Assembly (NCBI GenBank): GCA_963835195.1 | Contig: CAWIEY010000016.1 | Location: 172,198 to 236,197 of the forward strand | Length of the DNA stretch: 64,000 nt | Reading direction: 5' to 3' | Source of the DNA: an uncultured Alphaproteobacteria bacterium | Lineage (GTDB): Bacteria; Pseudomonadota; Alphaproteobacteria; Rhizobiales; Xanthobacteraceae | Shown: positions 39,837-49,216 of the stretch, one piece after another | How positions within the stretch are numbered: position 1 is the first letter of the stretch | Layout of the letters: the number at the start of each line of letters is the position of its first letter | Notes under the pieces: model-generated | The model's database searches: none | The model's input: only the letters and a program-made list of their open reading frames with translations | What the model was told of the DNA's origin: nothing | Position numbers and translations under genes: made by a program

Positions 39837-41992
39837 ATGGGGGGCAGTTCGCTAAGCCGCCGGTCCTTCCTTGCCGGCGTAAGTGCCGTGGGCGGAAGCC
39901 TTACACTTGCGCTGGCGATTCCTTTTGAGCGAGCGGCCGCGACCGCCGCCGCGCCAGCCCCTGAAGTCACGGCTTGGCTGACGATCCAACCGGATAATTG
40001 GGTCGTCATCCGAATTGCGCGCGCCGAAATGGGGCAAGGCGCGCAAACCGGCCTTGCCATGCTGGTGGCGGAAGAGCTCGAATGCGACTGGGCAAAAGTC
40101 CGCACCGAATTCGTCTCCCCCGGCGAAAACCTCCGGCGCCACGGGTTTGGGGCGACACCTCGACGGGCGCCAGCCGGTCTATCGGATCGTCACAACTTTA
40201 TCTGCGGCAGGCCGGCGCCACAGCGCGCGAAATGCTCATCGGCGCGGCTGCGGCGCGCTGGCAGGTACCGGCATCCGAGTGCGTCGCGCATATGAGCACA
40301 ATTATCCACAAGCCCAGCGGGCAAACGATAACTTTCGCGGCCGTTGCCGAAGACGCGGCCAAGGTAAGCGTCGGCGACGTGCCACTGAAAACTCCGGCAA
40401 GCTGGAAGCTCGTAGGTACGCCGCGCCGGCGCCTCGATGTGCTCGACAAGGCGACCGCCAAGCCGGTCTATGCAATCGATGTCCGCCTGCCCGGCATGCT
40501 GTACGCCGCCATCAGGCAGTGCCCGGTCTATGGCGGCTCGCCCAAATCCATCGATGAAAGCGCGATCGCCGGCATGAACGGCGTGCGCCGGGTCGTGCGC
40601 ATGGCCGATTCGGTTGCCGTCATCGCCGACTCGTGGTGGCGCGCAAAACGCGCACTCGACGCTTTGCCGATCGTTTGGGACGATCGCGGCAATAGCCGCG
40701 TGTCGAGCGAAAGCATCGCCGCGCTGGTGCGCGCCGGGCTAGACGCGGGGAAGGCCCAGGTCGGCCAATCGGATGGTGACGTTACCGCCGGTCTTGCAAG
40801 CGCGGTGCGGCACGTGGAGGCCGAGTACACGGTTCCCTATCTCGCGCACGCCACCATGGAGCCGCAGAACTGCACCGCCCATGTGCGGCCCGGACAGGTG
40901 GAAGTTTGGGCGCCGAGCCAGGGCTCAACGACCGCGCTGGTCACCGCCGCGGTCGCCGCCGGCGTTCCCAACAATCAAGTCACCTTTCACAGCATGATGC
41001 TCGGCGGCGGCTTCGGCCGCCGCGGCGCCATTCAGGAATATGTCCGTCAGGCGGTGCTCATCGCCAAGGAAGTCGACGTGCCGGTCAAACTCGTGTGGAC
41101 GCGCGAGGAAGACATGCGCCACGATTTTTACCGGCCGTTTGGCATGGCGCGGCTCGTTGCCGGCCTCGACGGCGAGGGCATGCCGACGGCGTTGAAAATC
41201 CGCCTCGCCGGTCCATCTTTCGTCGCCACGTTCGTCTCGGCGTTCGGCGCGAACATCGTCGATCGGACTTTTCTCAGTGGGTTCACCGAAGCGGAAATGC
41301 CGTACGACGTGCCGAACTATCATATCGATTACATCATCCGTCAGACTCCGGTTCCGGTCGGAGTATGGCGGGCGATCAATTACACCGAGAATGCCTTCTA
41401 CAAAGAATGCTTCATTGACGAGATGGCGCATGCCGCCGGAATAGACCCGTACCTTTATCGGCGGCGGCTGTTGCGCAACAGTCCGAAGAACCTCGCGGTG
41501 CTCGACGCCGCGGCGAAAAAGGCGGATTGGTTCGGGCCACTGCCGGCGGGCGTATCTCGCGGCATTGCCGTCAACGAGGCCTGCGGCAGTTATTGCGCGC
41601 AAGTGGTGGAGGCCTCGGTCGAGCGCGGCAGTCTGCGCGTGCACCGCGTCGTTTCCGCCCTCGACCCGGGGCACGTGGTCAATCCGCTCTCGATCGAAAT
41701 GCAGATGCAAGGCGCGATCATCTATGCGCTGACGGCCGCACTCTACGGGGAAATCACCATCAAGGATGGCGCCGCCGAGCAAGGAAACTTCGACGATTAC
41801 CAGATGCTGCGCATCGCCGATGCGCCGCAAGTCGAGACCGTCATTGTGCCGAGCGGCGGTTTCTGGGGCGGCGTCGGCGAGCCGCCGGTGCCGCCGCTGG
41901 CGCCGGCGCTGTGCAATGCGGTTTTCGCCGCAACCGGCAAGCGCATCCGCACCCTGCCGCTCAAGAATCACGATTTAACGCGGCCGATTTAG
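39837..41992 (+). pseudogene. Molybdopterin-dependent oxidoreductase beta subunit (IorB / membrane-bound aldehyde dehydrogenase type); one frameshift near 40141
   Basis: Tat signal SRRSFLAGVSAVGG and VVIRIARAEMGQGAQTGLAMLVAEELECDW are in ORF 39837-40295. RVWGDTSTGASRSIGSSQ..MLGGGFGRRG..WRAINYTENAFYKECFIDEMA..GGVGEPPVPPLAPALCNAV are in ORF 39998-41992. Confidence 0.85.
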
Positions 41993-42584
41993 GCCTTGCA
42001 TTCGTAACAGCCGCAGCTACGTCCGCTTTGGCGACCAAGCCAAGTTCGCCGCGAAGAAACTTTTGAGTCCGGTTGACGACCTATCTTCACATCTCAGCCT
42101 CTCTGGCCGCTGCAACGCGGAGAGATTGGCGGTCCCGCGGAGGGAATTTCCTCGCACACGAAAGTTTGGCTTCAAAGTTTGGCTTCGGCCGGAGCCGAGT
42201 AATGGGATGCGCGTTGAAGCTTTGAATAAACCTCGGAGCTTCAGCCATGCATCGATACGGCACCCCACCGTATGCTAATCGACCGCTCGCGCTCGGAAGG
42301 CAAACAAGCCGTGCTGATGCGGGTGCATAGCCACAAAGGCACCCGATTTGTCGCGATACCATTCGGTAGCGGTTAAGACTGCGAGTCGATTATCTTTCGC
42401 CGCGCGGCGCTCGGACAGCTAAAGCTGCAGCATCCAGACGCTATCGCGGCATCTGCCATGCATGCGCGGGAGCGCCCCTCCCGAAGATAAATGTTAGATT
42501 CTGTAGACCGCGTCGGGATCAGCGCTTGGCGCGATAGAGTTCTTAATGTTCGTCGCACATTGTCATAGATCCGCAGCGCCGCAC

Positions 42585-43163
42585 ATGCATCGCGTGCGCT
42601 GCATCTGCCTCGCGCTCGTCGCCGGTGCATTCATCGGTGCCGCTGACCTCTCGCGCGCCGCGGAGCAGCAGCCGGAAGTGGTGCCGACGCGGGATGTCGA
42701 TATCACCTACCGTATCACCCGCCCAAATCAGCCGACGACGACCAGCCGCCGCCGCTGGTCGGCGAGCGAGCATCTCCAGCGCATCGACGGGCCCGACAAA
42801 TCCGCGACGATCTTCGACCGTAACAAGCAGGAATTCACATTGCTTAATCCGGCGAGTCGCACCTTTCGCAAGTTTGAAGGTTCACCGCGCATGCCGCTGG
42901 CGCCGGACAATCCGACGGCGCTGCGGCGCGGCGGCGAATCGACGGTGGCGGGGCTAAGCTGCGTCGACTGGTCGTGGAGCGTGGATACGGAAACGCACAC
43001 CGGGTGTCTGACGGCCGACGGCGTGCTGCTCCGGCTGATGGTGGACGGCAATACGGTGATGCAGGCCGTTTCAGTGAAATATCGCCGGCAACCGGCCGAT
43101 CTTTTTCAAGTACCGCCGAACTATCAGCCGGCTATAGCGCCGGAAGGCGGGCCGCCCGAATAA
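42585..43163 (+). CDS. Secreted hypothetical protein
   Basis: Signal peptide MHRVRCICLALVAGAFIGAADLSRAAE. The rest is mixed-composition coding-like sequence. I recognise no family. Confidence 0.5.
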   Translation: MHRVRCICLALVAGAFIGAADLSRAAEQQPEVVPTRDVDITYRITRPNQPTTTSRRRWSASEHLQRIDGPDKSATIFDRNKQEFTLLNPASRTFRKFEGSPRMPLAPDNPTALRRGGESTVAGLSCVDWSWSVDTETHTGCLTADGVLLRLMVDGNTVMQAVSVKYRRQPADLFQVPPNYQPAIAPEGGPPE

Positions 43164-43286
43164 CATGAAGCGTCGGATCGACTCCGGCGCCGTCGCTTTG
43201 TCGCAACCGCGCGATTTTGAGCCTGCTGCATTCGGATTATACTCCGAGCTCATCGAGGGAATGGCGAATAAGCACGAGGGGCCGTT

Positions 43287-43814
43287 GTGAATCCGATCAT
43301 GCGAATTATGGAAGGCATTGTGCTTGGCAGCCGCTGGCTGCTGGTTCCGTTTTTGCTGGGAATGATAGTCGGTCTGGCAACGCTGCTTTATACGTTCATT
43401 GGCAAGATTGCCGATCTGCTGTCGCACGTGAGCACCGCCGCACAGGACGAAATAATCGTCGGCATCCTAAAACTCGTGGACTTATCGCTCATCGCCAATC
43501 TTATCGTGATCGTAATTTGTTCAAGCTACGAGAATTTTGTCGCTATCGTCGATCCGGCCGAGCATCCCGGCTGGCCGCGAGGAATCCTTGGCATCGGCTT
43601 TGCCGGCTTGAAGCAGAGATTGCTCGGTTCTATCGCAGCGATCGCTGCCGTGAATGTACTTGACTGGTTTTTGGATATCGACCGGAACGCAGACGATCAT
43701 AAGCTCGCCTGGGTCGTCGGTATCTTGATAGCCTTTGCCGTGACCATGCTTTTGTTGGCGATTGCCGACCGCGTCAGCGTCAGCAGGTCGGGAACGGCAA
43801 AGAAGGAAAGCTAG
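43287..43814 (+). CDS. YqhA / UPF0114 (TIGR00645) family membrane protein
   Basis: GSRWLLVPFLLGMIVGLATLL, VDLSLIANLIVIVICSSYENFV, GLKQRLLGSIAAIAAVNVL. Confidence 0.7.
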   Translation: MNPIMRIMEGIVLGSRWLLVPFLLGMIVGLATLLYTFIGKIADLLSHVSTAAQDEIIVGILKLVDLSLIANLIVIVICSSYENFVAIVDPAEHPGWPRGILGIGFAGLKQRLLGSIAAIAAVNVLDWFLDIDRNADDHKLAWVVGILIAFAVTMLLLAIADRVSVSRSGTAKKES

Positions 43815-43960
43815 CCCGCCGATGGGCATGCAATAGCGCTAGCTCGCCGCGCACTCCGACGGTGTCAACAGACCGTCGGGCACGGATTCTGAGGATGATC
43901 TGGCAGACCGGAACACGCACCGCGCGGGTCGTCACCGCTCCGGGCGCGTAAACCTAAAAA

Positions 43961-44173
43961 CTATGGATGGCAGCTACCGTCCGTGTGGCAGTAATAACCC
44001 TTGTGGCAATAGTAAAAGTGAGTCGATCCCGCCCTGTGACACTCACAGGTTTTCTCCGTCACAAGACCTACGCCGCAATGTGGGAACCGCTTGAACTTGA
44101 TGGCGGCTGAAGCGTCTTGCACCGGCAAACATAGGCCGGCGCAACACAGAATCAGGGCAATTGCTGTTTTCAT
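43961..44173 (-). CDS. Small secreted Cys/His-rich protein
   Basis: Signal peptide MKTAIALILCCAGLCLPVQDASA, then a 47-aa mature part with 6 Cys and 6 His (HCGV..TCECH..YYCHKGYYCHTDGSCHP). An RBS GGGAGA precedes ATG 44173. Confidence 0.55.
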   Translation of the reverse strand: MKTAIALILCCAGLCLPVQDASAAIKFKRFPHCGVGLVTEKTCECHRAGSTHFYYCHKGYYCHTDGSCHP

Positions 44174-44506
44174 GATTTCTCCCAATGATTCCCCGCAAAA
44201 AAACCCGCTTCGACTGCTCACACTATTCCGCAAACCAGCCCCTCAGCAACCACATGATAGCCGAAAAATCCGGGACGGGTTTTCCGCCCCGCTGCGGCGG
44301 CTCGTTCCTGCCTTCGTGATTGCGCCAAAGCGCAAACGCAAGGGCGGTCGGCGATTTGCTGCGAGATTGTCACAACTTTGTTGCAAAGCCCGATTGATCA
44401 ACGCTGCCGCGGCGCTTGTCAGATCGCAGGGTTGTGATTGCTCAGAAACCATTTTGCGCGGCAAACTATGCCGGGATGGTGAGGTCGACAGTGCCGGAGG
44501 AAGCAC

Positions 44507-45070
44507 ATGTCCGTCATATCAGAGTCACCTCTTGGTCCGCGACCCGGACTTGCGCCACTGCAGGCCAAATCCGGTTGGATTGTCACGCTTGGCGTCGTCT
44601 ACGTGATCGCCGGGATCATCGCGCTCACCAGCGTGGTGTTCGCCACCGTGGTCACGGTCTTCGTGGTCGGCATCATGATGCTGATCGCGGGCATTGCCGA
44701 AGTGATCAATTCGTTTCAGATCAAGACCTGGGGCAAATTCTTGCTCTGGCTTCTGCTCGGCGTGCTCTACATCGTTGCCGGCTTCTTGACCTTCGAGAAT
44801 CCGTTGCTTGCGGCGGCGTTGTTGACGCTGCTGCTCGGGGTTTCGCTGATCGCCTCCGGCGTCATGCGCGTCGTCCTCGGTTTCTCGATGCAGCACGGCA
44901 TGCCGTGGGTCGCCGTCGCGCTCTCGGGCGTCATCACGTTCCTGTTCGGGCTGATCATTCTGATCCATTGGCCGGTGTCCAGCCTCTACATCCTTGGACT
45001 CTTTCTTGCCATTGATCTCATCGTGGCGGGGGTGAGCTGGATTGTGCTCGGTCTTGGGTTGCGACGGTAA
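44507..45070 (+). CDS. HdeD-family (DUF308) acid-resistance membrane protein
   Basis: GWIVTLGVVYVIAGIIAL..MLIAGIAEVINSF..LLGVLYIVAGFLTFENP..GVSLIASGVMRVVLGF. The architecture is a six-helix DUF308 repeat. Confidence 0.8.
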   Translation: MSVISESPLGPRPGLAPLQAKSGWIVTLGVVYVIAGIIALTSVVFATVVTVFVVGIMMLIAGIAEVINSFQIKTWGKFLLWLLLGVLYIVAGFLTFENPLLAAALLTLLLGVSLIASGVMRVVLGFSMQHGMPWVAVALSGVITFLFGLIILIHWPVSSLYILGLFLAIDLIVAGVSWIVLGLGLRR

Positions 45071-45182
45071 CGGTTCAAAAGACCGAAGAGGCTTTGTCGG
45101 ATTTGCGGCCTCTGATGCAAAGCGACTGCAATTCTGACCGGGCGACAATCGATGTGGGCATCCGCTTCTGAGGACTAACGGC

Positions 45183-45404
45183 ATGCGCTGGGTTTATCTG
45201 ACAATTGTCGTCCTGTTCGTCGCCGCAATTCTCATCTTTGCTTTCCAAAATCTCGGCGTCGTGACAATTTCTTTTCTCGGCTTCAGCGTACGCGCGCCGC
45301 TTGCGATCCTGGCGGCCGTCATTTATGTGCTCGGTGCCTTCACTGGCGGCAGCCTGTTTGCGCTGCTGCGCTATTCAATGAAGGGATCCAGAGCAGGGCC
45401 ATAG
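45183..45404 (+). CDS. LapA-domain (DUF1049) small membrane protein
   Basis: MRWVYLTIVVLFVAAILIFAFQNLGVVTISFLGFSVRAPLAILAAVIYVLGAFTGG. Confidence 0.65.
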   Translation: MRWVYLTIVVLFVAAILIFAFQNLGVVTISFLGFSVRAPLAILAAVIYVLGAFTGGSLFALLRYSMKGSRAGP

Positions 45405-45416
45405 TCAGATCGAGCC

Positions 45417-46448
45417 ATGACTGGCGAACGCGGCGAGGAGCCGGTCCTGATCGACCTGGCGCTGCAAGGGGGCGGCTCTCACGGCGCCTTCACCTGGGGC
45501 GTGCTCGACCGCCTGCTCGAAGAGCCGCGCTTTCACATTGCCGCCATTTCGGGAACTTCGGCCGGCGCAATGAACGCCGCGATATTGGCGGACGGCTGGA
45601 GCGATGGCGGCATCGATGGCGCGCGGGCGGCGCTGGAGAAATATTGGCGTGCGGTGTCGCGTGCCGCGGCCTTCAGTCCGCTGCAGCGCTCGCCGCTCGA
45701 CCGGCTGATGGGCCGCTGGTCACTCGACACGTCGCCGGCCTATGTCGCCATGGACCTGATGACCCGGGTGTTCTCGCCCTACGATATCAATCCGCTCGCG
45801 CTCAATCCGCTGCGCAATATTCTCAACGAGAACGTCGATTTTGAGCGGCTGGCCAACTCGCCCATCAAGCTCTTCGTCACCGCAACGCGGGTGCGCACCG
45901 GGCGTGGCCGCATCTTCCGCAATGGCGAGATCACCGCCGATGTGCTGCTCGCTTCGGCGTGTCTGCCGACCATGTTCCGCGCGGTGGAGATCGACGGCGA
46001 GGCCTATTGGGACGGCGGCTATGCGGGCAATCCCACGATCACGCCGCTGGTGCGCGAGAGCGACGCGCACGATACCATCATCGTTCAGATCAATCCGGTC
46101 GAGCGGACGGAAATGCCGCGCTCGGCCGCGGACATTCTCAATCGGCTGAACGAGATTTCCTTCAATTCGCCGCTGGCGAAGGAGCTGCGGATGATTGCGT
46201 TGTTGCGTCAGGTGGCAGACCCCGGCCACGGCGAAGGCGAACGGTGGGCGCAGATGCGCACGCATCGGATCAAGTCGGCCATGCTGGCCGAATTCGGCGC
46301 CTCCTCAAAGCTCAATGCCGAATGGGCCTTCGTCAGCAAGCTGCGCGACGAGGGCCGCCGTGCGGCCAGCGAATTTCTCGCCGCCCACGGCGACGACGTC
46401 GGCCAGCGCTCGACCGCCGATCTCGATGCGCTTCTGGCCGAGTGCTGA
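45417..46448 (+). CDS. Patatin-like phospholipase
   Basis: LALQGGGSHGAFTWGVLDRLLE (oxyanion GGG), ISGTSAGAMNAA (GxSxG), and DGGYAGNP (catalytic Asp block). Confidence 0.85.
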   Translation: MTGERGEEPVLIDLALQGGGSHGAFTWGVLDRLLEEPRFHIAAISGTSAGAMNAAILADGWSDGGIDGARAALEKYWRAVSRAAAFSPLQRSPLDRLMGRWSLDTSPAYVAMDLMTRVFSPYDINPLALNPLRNILNENVDFERLANSPIKLFVTATRVRTGRGRIFRNGEITADVLLASACLPTMFRAVEIDGEAYWDGGYAGNPTITPLVRESDAHDTIIVQINPVERTEMPRSAADILNRLNEISFNSPLAKELRMIALLRQVADPGHGEGERWAQMRTHRIKSAMLAEFGASSKLNAEWAFVSKLRDEGRRAASEFLAAHGDDVGQRSTADLDALLAEC

Positions 46449-46468
46449 GCGTCGTAAGCGGAGAGTTG

Positions 46469-47923
46469 ATGGGCCTCTTCGGAATCCTGATTGCACTCGC
46501 CCTCCTGGTTTGGCTCGCCTTTCGCGGCTGGAGCGTCTTGCTGCTCGCCCCGGCGGCGGCGCTGGTCGCGGCGCTCTTGGGCGGGCAGCCGCTCCTTGCC
46601 AATTGGACGCAAATCTTCATGGGCAGCGCCGCACGCTTTCTGGCCCAGTTCTTTCCGCTGTTTCTGTTGGGCGCCGTGTTCGGCAAGCTGATGGAGGATT
46701 CCGGCGCCGTTAACGCCGTCGCCGCCTACATGACCAAAAAGCTCGGCGAGCGCCGCGTCATCCTCGCCGTGGTGCTTGCCGGCGCGTTTGTCACTTATGG
46801 CGGGGTCAGCCTGTTCGTCGCCTTCTTTGTCATCGCCCCGATGGCGCAAAGCCTGTTCCGCGCCGCCGCGGTGCCGCGCCGGCTGATGCCCGCAGCGATC
46901 ATTCTCGGCACCTCGACGTTCACGATGTCGGCGCTGCCGGGTACGCCCTCGATTCAGAATGCGATCCCGATGCCGTTCTTCGGCACCACGCCGTTTGCCG
47001 CGCCGGGGCTGGGCATCATTGCTTCATTGATCATGGTCGGTTTCGGCCTGTGGTGGCTCAATAGAGCGGAAGCCGCGGCGCGCCGTGCGGGCGAAGGTTT
47101 TGGCGATGAGGTGCCGGGCACTGCCGAAGAGGCGGCGCACGACGAGAAGGTGCGCGAGCGCGCCACCACAGCGCGCGAATTCGATCCCGCCGAAATCGAT
47201 CGCGGTCGCCACACCGAGGAGGCGCCGCCCATCATCGCCGCCGCGCTGCCGCTGGCCGTCGTCGTTTTGGTCAATCTCACGATGTCGCTCGTCGTTCTGC
47301 CGCGGCTCGATGTCTCGTTCCTCGCCCAGGAACGCTTCGGCGCTACGTCGCTGTCGGCGGTCGCCGGCGTCTGGTCGGTGGTGGTGGCGCTCGCGGCCGC
47401 GATCGTCGCGGTCATCGCCTGCAACTGGACGCGGTTGCCGGCGCTGCGCCAAAGCATGGATGCCGGCGCCAATGCCTCGGTGCTGCCCGCACTCAGCGTC
47501 GCCAGCCTGGTCGGCTTCGGCGTGGTCATTGCCGAGCTGCCGGCCTTCGCGACGGTACGTGATTGGGTTCTGGCGATCGAAGGCGGCCCGCTGGTTTCGC
47601 TCGCGGTTGCGACCAACGTGCTCGCTGCGCTCACCGGCTCGGCCTCGGGCGGGCTGACCATCGCGCTCGACGCGCTCGGCCAGACCTACTTGGCCATGGC
47701 CGCGCAGATCGGCCTCGCGCCAGCGCTGCTGCACCGCGTGGCCGTGATCGCCGCGGGGACGCTCGATATCCTGCCGCATAATGGCGCCGTCGTGACTCTG
47801 CTGGCGATCTGCGGCGCGAGCCACCGCGACAGCTATTTTGACATTGTCATGGTCGGAATCGCCGGCGTCATTCTCGCTTTGATCGCGGTCATCGCGCTCG
47901 GAACGATATTCGGATCGTTCTAA
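46469..47923 (+). CDS. GntP-family permease
   Basis: MGLFGILIALALLVWLAFRGWSVLLLAPAAALVAALL.., FPLFLLGAVFGKLMEDSGA, and about 12 hydrophobic segments. ATG at 46469 lies inside ORF 45959-47923. Confidence 0.75.
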   Translation: MGLFGILIALALLVWLAFRGWSVLLLAPAAALVAALLGGQPLLANWTQIFMGSAARFLAQFFPLFLLGAVFGKLMEDSGAVNAVAAYMTKKLGERRVILAVVLAGAFVTYGGVSLFVAFFVIAPMAQSLFRAAAVPRRLMPAAIILGTSTFTMSALPGTPSIQNAIPMPFFGTTPFAAPGLGIIASLIMVGFGLWWLNRAEAAARRAGEGFGDEVPGTAEEAAHDEKVRERATTAREFDPAEIDRGRHTEEAPPIIAAALPLAVVVLVNLTMSLVVLPRLDVSFLAQERFGATSLSAVAGVWSVVVALAAAIVAVIACNWTRLPALRQSMDAGANASVLPALSVASLVGFGVVIAELPAFATVRDWVLAIEGGPLVSLAVATNVLAALTGSASGGLTIALDALGQTYLAMAAQIGLAPALLHRVAVIAAGTLDILPHNGAVVTLLAICGASHRDSYFDIVMVGIAGVILALIAVIALGTIFGSF

Positions 47924-48075
47924 CGTCGCTGCCTCGCTCGGACGTCTCAACTCCGAGCGTGGCTGCGGCTTTATGGCGATGTCCGCTTCCGCATTCCGTC
48001 TCCGCCCGCGCGAAGACCGAAGGCAAAGAAGCTGCGGACCATGTGGATCGGTAATCGAAATAAGGGACAAGAGCC

Positions 48076-49020
48076 CTACCGCACCGGATTCCTCAATATT
48101 CCGATGCGTTCAATCTCGCATTCGACCATGTCGCCCGGAAGAAAATAGCGCGCCGCGGCGACGAGTCCGTCCTTTGGTTGCCAGTGACCGCCGAGCTCCT
48201 TGTCGGAAGACCATGCGGTACCCGCGGGCGTGCCGGTAATGATGACCATCCCCGGCTTCAGCGTGAAATTCGTTGAGAAGAAGTGGATGAGATCGGCACA
48301 CGACCAGATCATATTCTGGGTATTGCTTGACTGACGCAGTTCGCCGTTGACCCGCGTGCGCAGGTTGAGCGCCTGCGGATCGGGAATTTCGTCGGCAGTC
48401 GTTATGCAAGGGCCCAATGGGGCGCTGGTGTCGAATGCCTTTCCACGTCCGAGCTCGTACCAGGTAAAGCTTCCGGACCTGCGTACTTGCCGGTCGCGCG
48501 CCGTCACATCGTTCACGATGGTGTAGCCAAAGACGTGCGCGAGTGCCCGCTCCTTTGCGATATGGCGTCCAGGCGTTCCAATCACAATTCCAAGTTCGGT
48601 CTCGCAGTCGAGCTTACGGGTAAGTTTTTCGTCATATTGAATGGCGTCCTCCGGTCCGATGACGCTGTCGGACGTCTTTAGGAAAAACTCAGGCTCTTTT
48701 CCGCTCGTTGGTGAGCCGAGCTTTTCATCATTATGCTCGCGGTAGTTGCTGCCAGCGCAAAGAATTGTGGAAGGAAGAATCGGCGCCGCCAGCCTGACCT
48801 GATCCAGTCGATGCAGCGCATCAGCAGGACGTAACGCGACGAGACGACGAGCCGCGCTGTGCGCCAATTCTCCGCCGCGAATAAACGAGACGGCGTCGCT
48901 GAAGAAAGCGCGTTCTCGCGGCTCCAGCAGCGCATCCGCCAATGAAGGCTCCAATATCTCATCGCCGAGCCGCAAACCGAAGCGGATCTCCTGGTCTCGC
49001 CAAAAACTTACGACTTTCAT
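48076..49020 (-). CDS. Fumarylacetoacetate hydrolase (FAH) family protein
   Basis: ILCAGSNYREH, LDCETELGIVIG, GYTIVNDVTARD, MVIITGTPAG. ATG at 49020 has an upstream GAGGGGGG RBS. Confidence 0.8.
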   Translation of the reverse strand: MKVVSFWRDQEIRFGLRLGDEILEPSLADALLEPRERAFFSDAVSFIRGGELAHSAARRLVALRPADALHRLDQVRLAAPILPSTILCAGSNYREHNDEKLGSPTSGKEPEFFLKTSDSVIGPEDAIQYDEKLTRKLDCETELGIVIGTPGRHIAKERALAHVFGYTIVNDVTARDRQVRRSGSFTWYELGRGKAFDTSAPLGPCITTADEIPDPQALNLRTRVNGELRQSSNTQNMIWSCADLIHFFSTNFTLKPGMVIITGTPAGTAWSSDKELGGHWQPKDGLVAAARYFLPGDMVECEIERIGILRNPVR

Positions 49021-49216
49021 ATCCCCCCTCGCATTTGCACAATCGATGCGACCCGGTTGACTGCCGAGCGCCTCTATTATTTCGAAAATTGCCACATCGG
49101 CCCGCAAGGTATTGTAGAAGCTGTAATGCCGATAGCCGGGTCAATGGGCTCACCGGCATAGCGAGACGTCCTATTCACTGGTGCTCTCTCAATAGACAAT
49201 TTCCAGGAGGACAATT

